The notes beneath the pieces were generated by a model. That model ran no database searches, had not been told where the DNA came from, and saw nothing but the letters and a program-made list of their open reading frames with translations. From positions 124,001 through 188,000 of the forward strand of contig NZ_SMNA01000004.1 of assembly GCF_004353825.1 (NCBI RefSeq): a stretch of DNA of 64,000 bases, in the 5' to 3' direction. Positions 9,425-20,200 of the stretch are shown in pieces. Within the stretch, counting starts at the first letter, position 1, and each line of letters begins with the position of its first letter. The position numbers were made by a program, and so were the translations under genes. This DNA comes from Occultella glacieicola. GTDB taxonomy: Bacteria > Actinomycetota > Actinomycetes > Actinomycetales > Beutenbergiaceae.

Positions 9425-10072
9425 TCAGTGCCCGCGGTCGACCCACGCCTGGCGATGGGGTGACTCGTCACCGATGGTGGTGTCGTCCCCGTGGCCGGTG
9501 TGCACCACGGTCTCCGGCGGCAGGGTCAGGAGCCGGTCGGTGATCGAGTCGACGATCGTGGGGAAGTCGGAGAAGGACCGGCCGGTCGCGCCAGGACCGC
9601 CCCGGAACAGGGTGTCCCCGGTGAAGACGACGCCGAGGTCGGGGCTGTGGAAGCTGCACGAGCCGGGGGAGTGACCGGGGGTGTGCAGGACCTCGAGGGT
9701 GACGTCCCCGATCGTGAACAGGTCGCCGTCGGCAAGGTCGGAGTCCGGCCCCACGCCCGGGTGGGTCCGGTCCCAGAGTTCCCGGTCCTCCGGGTGCAGG
9801 TAGGTGTGGGCGCCGAGGTCACCGGCGAGCTCGCAGGCGACCCCGATGTGGTCGTCGTGGGCGTGGGTCAGGAGGATCCCCCGGACCCGCCGCCCCGCGA
9901 TGGCCTCGACGATGGGCTCGATGTCGTGAGCGGCGTCGATCAGGACGCACTCGGAGTCGTCGCCGACCACCCAGACGTTGTTGTCGACCTCCCAGGTGCC
10001 GCCGTCGAGCGAGAAGGTACCCGAGGTCACCACCTTGTCGATCCGGGTGCGCTGCCCGTTCGTCGTGCTCAT
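9425..10072 (-). CDS. MBL-fold metallo-hydrolase, conserved partner of mscR
   Basis: [49 protein letters not shown] overlap with the dehydrogenase. Confidence 0.92.
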   Translation of the reverse strand: MSTTNGQRTRIDKVVTSGTFSLDGGTWEVDNNVWVVGDDSECVLIDAAHDIEPIVEAIAGRRVRGILLTHAHDDHIGVACELAGDLGAHTYLHPEDRELWDRTHPGVGPDSDLADGDLFTIGDVTLEVLHTPGHSPGSCSFHSPDLGVVFTGDTLFRGGPGATGRSFSDFPTIVDSITDRLLTLPPETVVHTGHGDDTTIGDESPHRQAWVDRGH

Positions 10073-11169
10073 GCCTTCGCTCCGTCCAGCATGACGACGC
10101 TGCGGAGCACGGCGCCGTCGTGCATCTTCGTGAATGCCGACTCGATGTCGGCCAGCCCGATCCGCTCGGAGACGAACGCGTCGAGGTCGAGCCGGCCCTG
10201 CAGGTACAGGTCGATGAGCATCGGGAAGTCCCGGCTGGGCAGGCAGTCGCCGTACCAGGAGGACTTCAGGGCGCCGCCACGCCCGAACACGTCGAGAAGT
10301 GGCAACTGGAGTCTCATGGTCGGGTTCGGCACCCCGACCAGCACCACCACGCCGGCCAGGTCCCGGGCGTAGAACGCCTGCTCGTACGTCTCCGGACGGC
10401 CGACGGCGTCGATCACCACGTCCGCGCCGAAGCCTCCGGTCAGCTCCCGGATCGCCTCGACCGGGTCCGTTCCGGAGGAGTTCACCGTGTGGGTGGCCCC
10501 GACGCCCCTGGCCCACTCGAGTTTGGTGTCGTCCACGTCGACGGCGATGATCGTGCCCGCGCCGGCCAGGGCCGAGCCCATGATGGCGGCGTCACCGACG
10601 CCGCCGCAGCCGAACACGGCGACGGTGTCACCGCGGGTCACCCCGCCGGTGTTGATCGCGGCACCGATCCCGGCCATCACGCCGCAGCCGAGCAAACCGG
10701 CCACCTCGGGCGCCGCGGCCGGATCGACCTTCGTGCACTGCCCGGCGGCCACCAGCGTCTTCTCGGCGAAGGCGCCGATCCCGAGCGCGGGGGAGAGTTC
10801 GGTGCCGTCCTCGAGCGTCATCTTCTGGGTCGCGTTGTGGGTGGCGAAGCAGTACCAGGGACGGCCCCGCACACAGGCCCGGCACTGCCCACACACGGCC
10901 CGCCAGTTCAGGACCACATAGTCACCGGGTGCCACGTCGGTGACCCCGGGGCCGACCTCCTCGACGACGCCGGCGGCCTCGTGACCGAGCAGGAACGGGA
11001 ACTCGTCGTTGATGCCGCCGTCGCGGTAGTGCAGGTCGGTGTGGCACACGCCGCACGCCTTGACCCGCACGACCGCCTCGCCGGGCCCGGGGTCGGGGAT
11101 CACGATCGTGGTCAGCTCGACGGGGGCGTCCTTGGCGCGGGCGATGACGCCCTGGACCTTCTGGGGCAC
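10069..11169 (-). CDS. mscR: S-(hydroxymethyl)mycothiol dehydrogenase / S-nitrosomycothiol reductase
   Basis: [49 protein letters not shown]. Characteristic pairing with the MBL gene. Confidence 0.93.
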   Translation of the reverse strand: MPQKVQGVIARAKDAPVELTTIVIPDPGPGEAVVRVKACGVCHTDLHYRDGGINDEFPFLLGHEAAGVVEEVGPGVTDVAPGDYVVLNWRAVCGQCRACVRGRPWYCFATHNATQKMTLEDGTELSPALGIGAFAEKTLVAAGQCTKVDPAAAPEVAGLLGCGVMAGIGAAINTGGVTRGDTVAVFGCGGVGDAAIMGSALAGAGTIIAVDVDDTKLEWARGVGATHTVNSSGTDPVEAIRELTGGFGADVVIDAVGRPETYEQAFYARDLAGVVVLVGVPNPTMRLQLPLLDVFGRGGALKSSWYGDCLPSRDFPMLIDLYLQGRLDLDAFVSERIGLADIESAFTKMHDGAVLRSVVMLDGAKA

Positions 11170-11251
11170 GGTGGGTCCTCGATGTCGGGTTCGGGGTTAG
11201 CGGCCAGCCTAGCCAGGGCGCAGCCGAGCCGCAGGACTCTGGCGCGCGCCG

Positions 11252-11965
11252 TCAGGGCGTCCGACGCCGCAGCGTCGCGGCCCCGAGGGCGAGCATCCCG
11301 ACGATGAACACGCCCAGCACGATCAGCGGCAGGGTGAGGTCCGGGTCGGTGCTGCGTGCCACCTCGTTCATCGCATCGACGGCGTAGGACAGCGGCAGGA
11401 CGTTCGAGACCACCTCGAGGAACCGGGGCAGGTCCTCCCGCGGCACCAGCAGGCCGCAGAGCAGCACCTGGGGGAGCACGATCGCCGGCATGAACTGGAC
11501 GGCCTGGAACTCGGTGTTCGCGAACGCGCTGACGAACAGGCCGAGAGCCACCCCGAGGATCGAGTCGAGCACCGCGATCAGCACCAGCAGCGCCCACGGG
11601 CCCTCCAGCTCGAGCCCGAGCGGGCCGAGCATCAGGGCCGAGGCGAGCAGTGCCTGCACCGTGGCCATCAGGCCGAACGCCAGGGCGTATCCGCCGAGGA
11701 ACGAGATCTTCGACAACGGCAGCGTGAGCAGGCGCTCCAGGGTGCCGGACCGCCGTTCTCGCAGCGTGGCGATCGAGGTGATCAGGAACATGATGATCAT
11801 CGGGAACAGCGCGAGCAGGGCCGGCCCGATGCTCGTGAAGATCGGGCCGCCGTCGTAGATCCACCAGAGCAACGTGAGCAGGACGCACGGGACGACGAGG
11901 ATCATGGCGATGGTGCGGGGGTCGTGCCGCAGCTGGCGCAGAACCCGGGCGGCGGTGGGAATCAT
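11252..11965 (-). CDS. ABC-2 type transporter permease
   Basis: Six hydrophobic segments, ERRSGTLERLL, EFQAVQFMP, LPLSYAVDA. Confidence 0.9.
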   Translation of the reverse strand: MIPTAARVLRQLRHDPRTIAMILVVPCVLLTLLWWIYDGGPIFTSIGPALLALFPMIIMFLITSIATLRERRSGTLERLLTLPLSKISFLGGYALAFGLMATVQALLASALMLGPLGLELEGPWALLVLIAVLDSILGVALGLFVSAFANTEFQAVQFMPAIVLPQVLLCGLLVPREDLPRFLEVVSNVLPLSYAVDAMNEVARSTDPDLTLPLIVLGVFIVGMLALGAATLRRRTP

Positions 11966-12741
11966 GACGCTGGACCGTCGCGGTCCGGGCGGGGGCCGTC
12001 GCGGCCACCGGTGTCGTGGCCCTGGCGTACGAGGGCGAGGAAGGCCTGCTCCGCGGAGTCCGTGCCCGTCCGGATGAGCAGTTCGGCCGGCGTGCCCCGG
12101 GCCAGGACACGTCCCGCGCGGAGCAGGATCAGGTGGTCGCAGCGGACCGCCTCGTCCATCACGTGGGAGGAGACGAGAACCGCGGTGCCGGTCGCGGCGA
12201 TCTCGGAGAACGTGCCCCAGAGGGAGTCCCGGAGCACCGGGTCGAGTCCCACGGTCGGCTCATCGAGGACCACCAGGTGGGGCGTGCCGAGCAGGGCCGC
12301 GGCGAGGTTCACCCGGGATGCCTGGCCGCCGGACAGGGTGGCCGTCAACTGGCGCCGCTGCTCGTGTAGATCCACGACGTCCAGGACGCGCTCGACATCC
12401 GCCCGCACATCCGGAACCCCCAGCACCCGGGCGAAGTACCGCAGATTCTCCGCTACGGTGAGATCGGGGTAGACGCTCGGCGCCTGCGTGACGTAGCCGA
12501 CCTCGCGACGCAGGGCACCGCTGCCGGCAGGGTGGCCGAGCACTGTCACCGATCCGGCCGCGGTCACCTGCACCCCCAGGATCGACCGGATCAGTGTGGT
12601 CTTGCCCGAGCCGGACGGGCCGAGCAGCCCGGTGATGGCGCCCTCCGCGACCCGCACGTCCACGCCGTCCAGAGCGGTGGTGGACCCTCGGACCACGCGC
12701 AGCCCACGCACGTCCACGGCGCTGCCGGAGGTTCTCGTCAT
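11962..12741 (-). CDS. ABC transporter ATP-binding protein
   Basis: Walker A GPSGSGKTT, signature LSGGQ, Walker B LDEPTVGLDP, and SSH. Start uncertain (12741 or 12750). Confidence 0.92.
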   Translation of the reverse strand: MTRTSGSAVDVRGLRVVRGSTTALDGVDVRVAEGAITGLLGPSGSGKTTLIRSILGVQVTAAGSVTVLGHPAGSGALRREVGYVTQAPSVYPDLTVAENLRYFARVLGVPDVRADVERVLDVVDLHEQRRQLTATLSGGQASRVNLAAALLGTPHLVVLDEPTVGLDPVLRDSLWGTFSEIAATGTAVLVSSHVMDEAVRCDHLILLRAGRVLARGTPAELLIRTGTDSAEQAFLALVRQGHDTGGRDGPRPDRDGPAS

Positions 12742-12803
12742 GCGATGCATGATCCTCCTGGCGCCCGTGGTTGTGGGCGCCATCGTGGGGCCGGGTGTGG
12801 GGC

Positions 12804-13019
12804 TCAGGCGCCGATCAGGTCCTCCAGCGCGTCGAGGTCGTCCAGGAGGGACATCTCGCGGGCGTCGAGGCCGGCCGTGCTCGCACGCATCCGCAGGTCG
12901 TCCTCGTCGCCGGTCCTGGCGATCCGACCGAGCACCGCGTCGCGCTCGGCCCGGGCCGCGGCCGGCGACAGTTCGCCTCCCAGGAGGTCGCCACGCCGCC
13001 GGGCGATCCGTGTGTGCAT
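12804..13019 (-). CDS. Small hypothetical helical protein
   Basis: 71 aa with a purine-rich SD (GAAGGGAGCGAGGG) and an acidic amphipathic C-terminus. Fills an otherwise empty gap. Confidence 0.6.
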   Translation of the reverse strand: MHTRIARRRGDLLGGELSPAAARAERDAVLGRIARTGDEDDLRMRASTAGLDAREMSLLDDLDALEDLIGA

Positions 13020-13225
13020 CCCTCGCTCCCTTCGTCGGCCGGTCCCCGGCGACGGGCCGAGCCCGAGGGGGTGAGCGGCGTTGTTCCCGACTATGCACCC
13101 GTCCCCGGACCTCGTGGTCGAGGCGCGTCGGCGTTTCCGGGGACCGCCCCGGTCGGGCGGCCACCCATCTCAGTCGCTGAAACGCTCGCGTAGGCCGTCG
13201 TGGGACGGGTAGCATCGAAGCCAAT

Positions 13226-13326
13226 CACCATCCAGAGCGGTCGAGAGTCCTGGCTCGTCGACGCCGCAGCAACCCCCCAACGGAAGCCTCCCGAGGGGAA
13301 GGGTGCTAAAGCCAGGGGCGATGGAG
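13226..13326 (+). ncRNA. SAM riboswitch (SAM-I clan, P4 essentially absent)
   Basis: P1 CCATC/GATGG, AUCCAGAG, kink-turn P2 region, GCAGCAACC...GGTGCTAA core. Lies upstream of metF-metE, with a TAGCAT -10-like hexamer at 13210-13215. Confidence 0.9.
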
Positions 13327-13331
13327 TTCAC

Positions 13332-13367
13332 ATGAAGGCACCACGTACGTTGCGGGCGTCGCGATGA
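13332..13367 (+). CDS. Putative 11-aa leader ORF ([11 protein letters not shown]) coupled to metF
   Basis: GGAG SD at 13323-13326 overlaps the P1 3' strand. ATG at 13332. TGA at 13365-13367 overlaps the metF ATG (ATGA). Confidence 0.5.
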   Translation: MKAPRTLRASR

Positions 13368-14302
13368 GTACGGCGAGTCTGTACCGGGCGCCGTCCGAGC
13401 GGCCCACGATCTCGTTCGAGTTGTACCCGCCCCGCACCCCGAAGGGCGAGGCCTCGCTCCAGCGGACGGTCGCGAGCCTGGCCGACATCGGCCCGGACTT
13501 CTTCTCCGTCACGTACGGCGCGTCCGGAGCGACCCGGCAGACGTCGCGGGATCTGCTCTGCACGATCCTGCGGGACACGCCGATCACGCCGATCGCCCAC
13601 CTGACCTGCGTCGGCGCCTCCGAGGCGGACCTGACCGAGTACATCGACGGGCTGCTGGAGGCGGGCGTGCGGGACTTCCTCGCCCTGCGCGGGGACCCGC
13701 CCGCCGGCCAGGACGACTGGCGGGCGCACCCGGACGGCCTCACCAGGTCCAGTCAGCTCGTCGCGCTGATGCGCGACCTCGCCGCCCGCCGGCTGGGTCC
13801 GGAGGACCCGGTGAGCATCTCGGTGGCCGCCTACCCCGGCGGCAGCTACTCGGCCGACGGGGAAGCCGTCGTGGATCCGTCCGACGTGGCCGCCCTGCTC
13901 GAGAAGCAGGAGGCCGGGGCCGACTTCGCGATCACCCAGGTGTTCTTCGACCCGGCCCACTACGCGGAACTGGTGTCAGCGGCGCGCGCGGGCGGGGTCC
14001 GGATCCCGATCGTCCCCGGGCTCATTCCGCTCACGGACCCGAAGCGGCTCCGACGCCTGGAGCAGTTGACGGGGGTACCGGTCCCACAGCGCCTGCTGGA
14101 CTCCCTGGACTCCGCCGAGGACCCGGACGAGGCCTACCGGCGTGGGCTGGCCGCAAGCGTCGAGCTGAGCCATGGGGTCCTGCAGGCCGGGGCGCCCGGC
14201 CTGCACCTGTACACGTTCAACTCCTCGCGGGCCGTCCTCGATCTCCTGGATCAGGCCGGGCTCACACCGACTCCGGCGGTGGCGCGCTCGCAGGCGCGCT
14301 GA
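13364..14302 (+). CDS. metF: 5,10-methylenetetrahydrofolate reductase
   Basis: [53 protein letters not shown]. Confidence 0.95.
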   Translation: MSTASLYRAPSERPTISFELYPPRTPKGEASLQRTVASLADIGPDFFSVTYGASGATRQTSRDLLCTILRDTPITPIAHLTCVGASEADLTEYIDGLLEAGVRDFLALRGDPPAGQDDWRAHPDGLTRSSQLVALMRDLAARRLGPEDPVSISVAAYPGGSYSADGEAVVDPSDVAALLEKQEAGADFAITQVFFDPAHYAELVSAARAGGVRIPIVPGLIPLTDPKRLRRLEQLTGVPVPQRLLDSLDSAEDPDEAYRRGLAASVELSHGVLQAGAPGLHLYTFNSSRAVLDLLDQAGLTPTPAVARSQAR

Positions 14303-14436
14303 CGCCGAGAACCCACAGGCCCGCGGCGACGTCGGGCCATGTCGTCCTGCCCCAACCAGGGTGTCGCCGCCCGCCGGGTCTCCGACCGGCGGCGACGCCC
14401 GCTACCCGAACCACGCACCGGACCAAGGGAGAAACC

Positions 14437-16803
14437 ATGTCGTACCAGCAACCGTCCACGTCCGTCCCGACCTTCCCGGCGGCCACCGTTCTCGGCTACC
14501 CCCGGATCGGACCACGCCGGGAGCTCAAGCGCGCCGTCGAGTCCTTCTGGGCGGGCCGCGCGACGGTGCCGGAGCTCGGCGCCGTGGCCCGTGAGCTGCG
14601 GACCGGCACCCGGACCCGCCTGGCCGGCCTCGGCCTGGGCGAGGACGCCTCGATCCCGTCGGACTTCACGTTCTACGACCAGGTGCTCTCGGTGGCCGCG
14701 CACGTGGGCGCGATCCCGGACCGGTTCGCCGACCTGCGCGGGCCCGGCGGCGCCCTCGACCTGCCGGGTCTGTTCACGGTCGCCCGCGGGGAGGGGGACC
14801 GGGCCCCGCTCGAGATGACCAAGTGGTTCGACTCGAACTACCACTACCTCGTCCCGGAGATCGGGCCCGAGACCGAGTTCCGTCTGGTCGAGACGCCGAG
14901 CGTGAAGGCGTTCGCCGAAGGCCTGTCCGACGGCGTCGTCACCCGCCCCGTGATCGTCGGCCCGGTCACCTTCCTGCTGCTGTCCAAGCCGAGCGCGTCG
15001 GCGCCGGAGGGGTTCTCGCCGCTGTCCCGGCTCGACGACCTGCTGGCCGCCTACACGGACTGGTTGCGGGCGTTCGCCGAGGCCGGAGCCACCTGGGTCC
15101 AGCTCGACGAGCCCGCCCTCGTGAGCGACGCCTGGGCGGAGACGCCCGCGCAGGTGAGCGACGCCGTCGGGCGTGCCTACCGGGCCCTCTCCGTGGACCT
15201 GGCCCGGCCGGAGCGGCCGGCCCTGTTCGTGGCCGCGCCCTACGCCACGATCGGCGAGCGGTTCGCGGACCTCGCGCAAACCGGGGTGGAAGCGATCGGG
15301 GTGGACCTGGTCCGCGGCCAGGCGCCGGCGATCGACGGCGCCGTGCGGGCAGCCCTCGCCGGGCGGACGATCGTGGCGGGGGTCGTGGACGGCCACAACG
15401 TGTGGCGCACGGACCTGGATGCGGCGGCGGCGAAGCTCGACCGGCTGCGGGAGGCCGTCGGGCCGGAGGTGAACGTGGCCGTGTCGACCTCGACGTCGCT
15501 GATCCACGTGCCGCACACCACCGCCGACGAGCCCGACCTGGAGGAGCGGTTGCGGTCCTGGCTCGCGTTCGCCGACGAGAAGGTCGGTGAGGTCCTCGCC
15601 CTGGCTGCCGGTCCGGGCGCCGCTCCTGAGGCGTTCACCCGTTCCCGCGAGGTCGCGGCCGATCGGGCCGCCGCGCCGGGCGTCGTGGTCCCGTCCGTCC
15701 GGGACCGCACCGCGGCCCTGACCGACGCCGACTTCCACCGCGGCGACTACGACACGCGGGTGGCCGCCCAGGACGCGGTCCTCGACCTGCCGCCGCTGCC
15801 CACGACCACGATCGGGTCGTTCCCGCAGACGTCCGAGCTGCGGGTCGCCCGGGCGAGCCTGCGCAAGGGTGAGATCACCATCGACGCCTACGAGGAGGCG
15901 ATGCGAGCCGAGATCGCCCGGGTGATCTCGCTGCAGGAGGACCTCGGCCTGGACGTGCTGGTCCATGGCGAGCCGGAGCGCAACGACATGGTCCAGTACT
16001 TCGCGGAGAACCTCGACGGGTTCGCGGTCACCCAGAACGGCTGGGTCCAGTCCTACGGGTCGCGGTGCACCCGCCCGTCGATCCTCTGGGGCGACGTCTC
16101 CCGGCCCGCGCCGATCACCGTCGGCTGGTCGACCTACGCCGCCTCGCGCACGGACCGGCCGGTCAAGGGCATGCTCACCGGTCCGGTGACGATCCTCGCC
16201 TGGTCCTTCGTCCGTGACGACCAGCCGCTCGCGGACACCGCGAACCAGGTGGCCCTGGCCCTACGGGACGAGATCGCGGACCTGGAGACCGCGGGGATCC
16301 CGGTCGTCCAGGTGGACGAGCCCGCCCTGCGGGAACTGCTGCCGCTGCGCCGCGCGGACCAGCAGGCGTACCTGGACTGGTCGGTGGCCTCGTTCCGGCT
16401 CGCGACCGCGGGCGCGGCGGACGCCACCCAGATCCACACCCACCTGTGCTACTCGGAGTTCGGCGAGGTCATCGGCGCCATCGACGGGCTCGACGCGGAC
16501 GTCACCTCCATCGAAGCCGCGCGGTCGAAGATGGAGATCCTGCCGGACATCAGCGGCTCCGGCTTCGCCCGCGGCATCGGCCCCGGCGTGTACGACATCC
16601 ACTCACCGCGGGTGCCGAGCACGGCCGAGATCACCGACCTGCTGACGGCGGCACTCGCCTCGGTCGGGGAGCGCAAGCTGTGGGTGAACCCCGACTGCGG
16701 CCTGAAGACCCGCGGCTACCCGGAGACCGTCTCCTCGCTGGAGCACCTCGTCGCCGCGACCCGCACCGTTCGGGAACGCCTCGGAGCCCCGGTCCAGGGC
16801 TGA
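14437..16803 (+). CDS. metE: Cobalamin-independent methionine synthase
   Basis: [63 protein letters not shown]. Confidence 0.98.
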   Translation: MSYQQPSTSVPTFPAATVLGYPRIGPRRELKRAVESFWAGRATVPELGAVARELRTGTRTRLAGLGLGEDASIPSDFTFYDQVLSVAAHVGAIPDRFADLRGPGGALDLPGLFTVARGEGDRAPLEMTKWFDSNYHYLVPEIGPETEFRLVETPSVKAFAEGLSDGVVTRPVIVGPVTFLLLSKPSASAPEGFSPLSRLDDLLAAYTDWLRAFAEAGATWVQLDEPALVSDAWAETPAQVSDAVGRAYRALSVDLARPERPALFVAAPYATIGERFADLAQTGVEAIGVDLVRGQAPAIDGAVRAALAGRTIVAGVVDGHNVWRTDLDAAAAKLDRLREAVGPEVNVAVSTSTSLIHVPHTTADEPDLEERLRSWLAFADEKVGEVLALAAGPGAAPEAFTRSREVAADRAAAPGVVVPSVRDRTAALTDADFHRGDYDTRVAAQDAVLDLPPLPTTTIGSFPQTSELRVARASLRKGEITIDAYEEAMRAEIARVISLQEDLGLDVLVHGEPERNDMVQYFAENLDGFAVTQNGWVQSYGSRCTRPSILWGDVSRPAPITVGWSTYAASRTDRPVKGMLTGPVTILAWSFVRDDQPLADTANQVALALRDEIADLETAGIPVVQVDEPALRELLPLRRADQQAYLDWSVASFRLATAGAADATQIHTHLCYSEFGEVIGAIDGLDADVTSIEAARSKMEILPDISGSGFARGIGPGVYDIHSPRVPSTAEITDLLTAALASVGERKLWVNPDCGLKTRGYPETVSSLEHLVAATRTVRERLGAPVQG

Positions 16804-16929
16804 TGGTGCCGCGACCCGCCGTTCGGTCCGGTGCGCCCGGGCCGTGCGGCGGGGCGAGCGGCGAGCGGCACGGCCCGGCCGGAGGGGCGCCGGGCCGCGG
16901 GTGCGAGGCGGACCTGCGAGACTGGCGTC

Positions 16930-17187
16930 ATGAATGCGGCGACCCGTGGCCTGATCCTGACCGCCATGATCTCCGGTGCGCTGATCGTGGCGGCCGTGCT
17001 GCTCTGGGTGCTCGAGGTGATCGGTCTGCCGGTCTTCCTCGGCGCGGTGGTGGTGATCTCGATCGCCCAGATGGGTGTCACGATGCGGATGCTGGGCAAC
17101 GCGCGCCGGGATCCGCGGGGCGGGTCGTCGGCGTCCGGCGGCACCGCTCCCGGCGACGGTTTCGACCCCATGGACAAGTACCGCTGA
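16930..17187 (+). CDS. Small membrane protein with two TM helices
   Basis: 85 aa with two hydrophobic stretches and a polar tail. Confidence 0.7.
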   Translation: MNAATRGLILTAMISGALIVAAVLLWVLEVIGLPVFLGAVVVISIAQMGVTMRMLGNARRDPRGGSSASGGTAPGDGFDPMDKYR

Positions 17188-17226
17188 CGGTCGTACCACC
17201 GGGCGAGCGGCGGTTCCCGGCTCGGG

Positions 17227-20200
17227 TCAGTGCCGTCGGCTGCGGCGCTCGCGGGCGTCGCTGCACAGCCTGATGAACGCGCCGAGGTCGGACAGCTCGT
17301 CCGGATTCCAGGGCAGGTGCCGGGTCAGGTCCTGGGCCCGGACCACGATCGCGGCCCACTTGCCCCGGGAGATCGCCACGTTCAGCCGGTTCCGGGAGAG
17401 CACGAAGCCGAGCCCGCGTGGGGCGTCGTCGGCGCCGGAGGCCGCCAGGCTGAGCAGCACCACGGCCGCCTCCTGGCCCTGGAACTTGTCCACGGTGCCG
17501 ACCCGGACCGCGTCCAGGCCGGCCTCGGCGAGGTCGTGGCGGATGCGCTGCACCTGGGCGTTGTAGGCCGCCACCACCAGGATGTCCGACGGCGCCAGTG
17601 GGCGGGTGACCGCAGCCTCGGCAGTGTCGGCAGTGTTAGCAGCCTCGGCAGGGTCGGTCCAGTGCTTGCCGAGGAGCGACTGGATCTGCGCGACGACCTC
17701 GGCGGACTCCTCGGGGGAGTCCACGACATTGCCCCGGTGCGACACCCGCACCACGTGCACGCCGGGGTCGAGACCGTCGAGGTGTCGCCGTGCGGTCCGT
17801 GGGTGGCTGTGCAGCCGGTGGTCGTAGGAGAGCGTGGAGACCGCCTCGCAGAGGTCGGGGTGCAGCCGCCAGGTCCGGTCCAGGAAGTAGCCGCGGTCGG
17901 CAGGCAGGGTGGGGTGCCCGTCGGTGAGCCAGCCGAGCGCGGACTGATCGACCGGCGCGTCGTGCATGCCCTGGCTGACCTGCGGGAGCTGCTGCGGGTC
18001 GCCGAGCAGGAGCAGCCGACGGGCGGCCGTGGCGACGGCGATCGTGTTCGCGAGCGAGAACTGGCCCGCCTCGTCGACGACCAGGAGATCGAGGTCCCCG
18101 ACGGCGAACCTGTGCCGGTTCGCGAAGTCCCAGGCGGTACCGCCGATGACGGCGCCGGCGCTGCCGAGATGCTCGAGGAAGTCCTGGTGCTGGTAGGTGT
18201 CCAGGGGGACCCAGACAGGTGCGTCCGGATCGTGCTCGACGGCGGGACGGAAGTCGGTCGGGATGGTCGCCTTGACGCTGCCGCCGCGTTTGCCGACCTG
18301 CTCGCCGGGGACGCCGGCCTCGACGACGCCCCGCAGGACGTGCTCGACGACGGCGTGTGACTGGGCCACGACGCCGACCCGCCAGCCGAACCTCAGCACC
18401 AGGTCCGCGATGACCCGGGTGCCGAGGTAGGTCTTGCCGGTGCCGGGCGGGCCCTGCACCGCGATGTAGGAGTCCTCGGCGTCGAGCAGCGCGTCGGTGA
18501 GGGCACCGACGTGGCCATGGTCGAGGTGCTCACCCTCGAGGACGGAGGCACCGACACGGTCGTGTTCACCGTCGTCACGTCCGCCGTCGCTCCGGGTCGG
18601 CGCGTCCACAGAAGTGGTCGGGCCGTGAGCGGGCGCGGCGACGCCGACGTGGGGTAGCGAGGCACCGCGACGCTGTCGCGGCGGGAGGCGGCGGAGGATG
18701 TCGAGGGCTGCCTGCGCGGGGAGTGGGCCGCTGCCCACGCCGGGCTTGGCGTCGCCGGTGTTCCCGTCGGCAGTGTCCGCGACGGCCTCCGCGACCAGTT
18801 CGATGGCGGCTCGCAGCGACGCGGCGGACGGCGGCGCCCCCGGGGCGAGCAGGACCGGCAGGGAGCGGTGCTCGGCCACGTCCCGTCCGAGCCACTCCGA
18901 GACCACCAGGACGTCGTCGCCGTCGGCGTTCTCGCTCCGGCTGAGGACCCTCGCACCCGCCGTGGCCCGCACGTGTCCCTCGGGTACTCGCAGCCCATCG
19001 GGCACCGGGGGGTGATAGACGCAGAACACCTCGGCGCCGGCCCCGACGATGCTGCCCGTGCCCAGCGCCCCGGTGAGTTCGAGGATCCGGGTGGGTCGGC
19101 GGTCCTCCGGCGCGGACCAGTCCTTGACGACCCGGGCATGGTGGACGTCGAGCACGTCCCGGGTGTCCTGCACGTCGGCGCGTGGCTCATCGAGCCGGGC
19201 GAAGTGCGCCCGCCAGAACGGCTCGTCCTCCCGGCGGTGGTAGTCCAGGGCGGCCGCGAGCAGCGGCGCGGCCGTGTCCGCCGGGCCGCGCAGCAGCCGG
19301 CGCGCGAGTGCCTGGGCGGGCGCCTCCTCGGGCTCCGCCGCGCTCGCGGGCGATGCCGGCGGGGGCACCACGCCGGTCGGTGTGGTCTCGAGGGTCGCGG
19401 TGGCCCCGGCCCGCGTCGCATCGAGGTCACCGCCGGCCGCCTCGCGCTGGTCGGCGTGGGCCCGGTCGCGCTGCTCGAGCAGCCAGTCGCGCAGCCGCAG
19501 GGTGGAGATGCAGTCGTACCGGTTGTACTCGGCGAGTTCGGCCAGGCGCTCGGCGTAACCGGCGCCGTCCCCGGCGTCCCGTAGGGCGGTGGCCCGCTCG
19601 TAGGCGACCACCGAGTCACCGCCGCTGGTCACCCCCGACGCGTCCCGCAGTTCGGTGCCCATGTACAGCGGCTCGAGCTTCTTGAGGGAGTAGGACCGCT
19701 GGGAGACCCGGACGCCGTCCTTGACGGACTTGTACAGGTCGACGAGCACCCCGTCGGCGATGAGGCTGTCCACCTCCTCGGTGCCGAACCCGTGCCGCCG
19801 TGCGAGTGTGCGCAGTGCCGACTGCTCGTAGGCGGCGTAGTGGTAGATGTGCATCCGCGGATGCGCGGCACGGCGCCGTGCGACGTAGGCGAGGAAGCCG
19901 CGCAGCGCCTGCGCCTCCTGGGCGCGGTCATGCGCCCAGAACGTCACGTACCGCTGCTCGGGACCGGCCTCGACGAGGCCGAAGAGGTACTCCAGGCCCC
20001 ATTCGGTCCGGTCGTCGTCGACCCACATCGGGTCGCCCTCGAAGTCGAAGAAGACGTCCCCGGCGTCGGGTATGGGCAGGGCGTCGAGCGCCGCCACCGT
20101 GTGCACCTCGCTGAAGACCGTCGGTGCGGCCGCGCCGCTCGGGGTGGCGGCGGCGGGACCCGGGGCGACGGCTGCGGGGTTCGCGCCGCCCGCGGGTGCG

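Noticed and set aside
14361..14398. Hairpin between metF and metE as a second riboswitch
   Set aside because: No SAM or cobalamin core motifs. It is probably a simple stabilising or processing stem.
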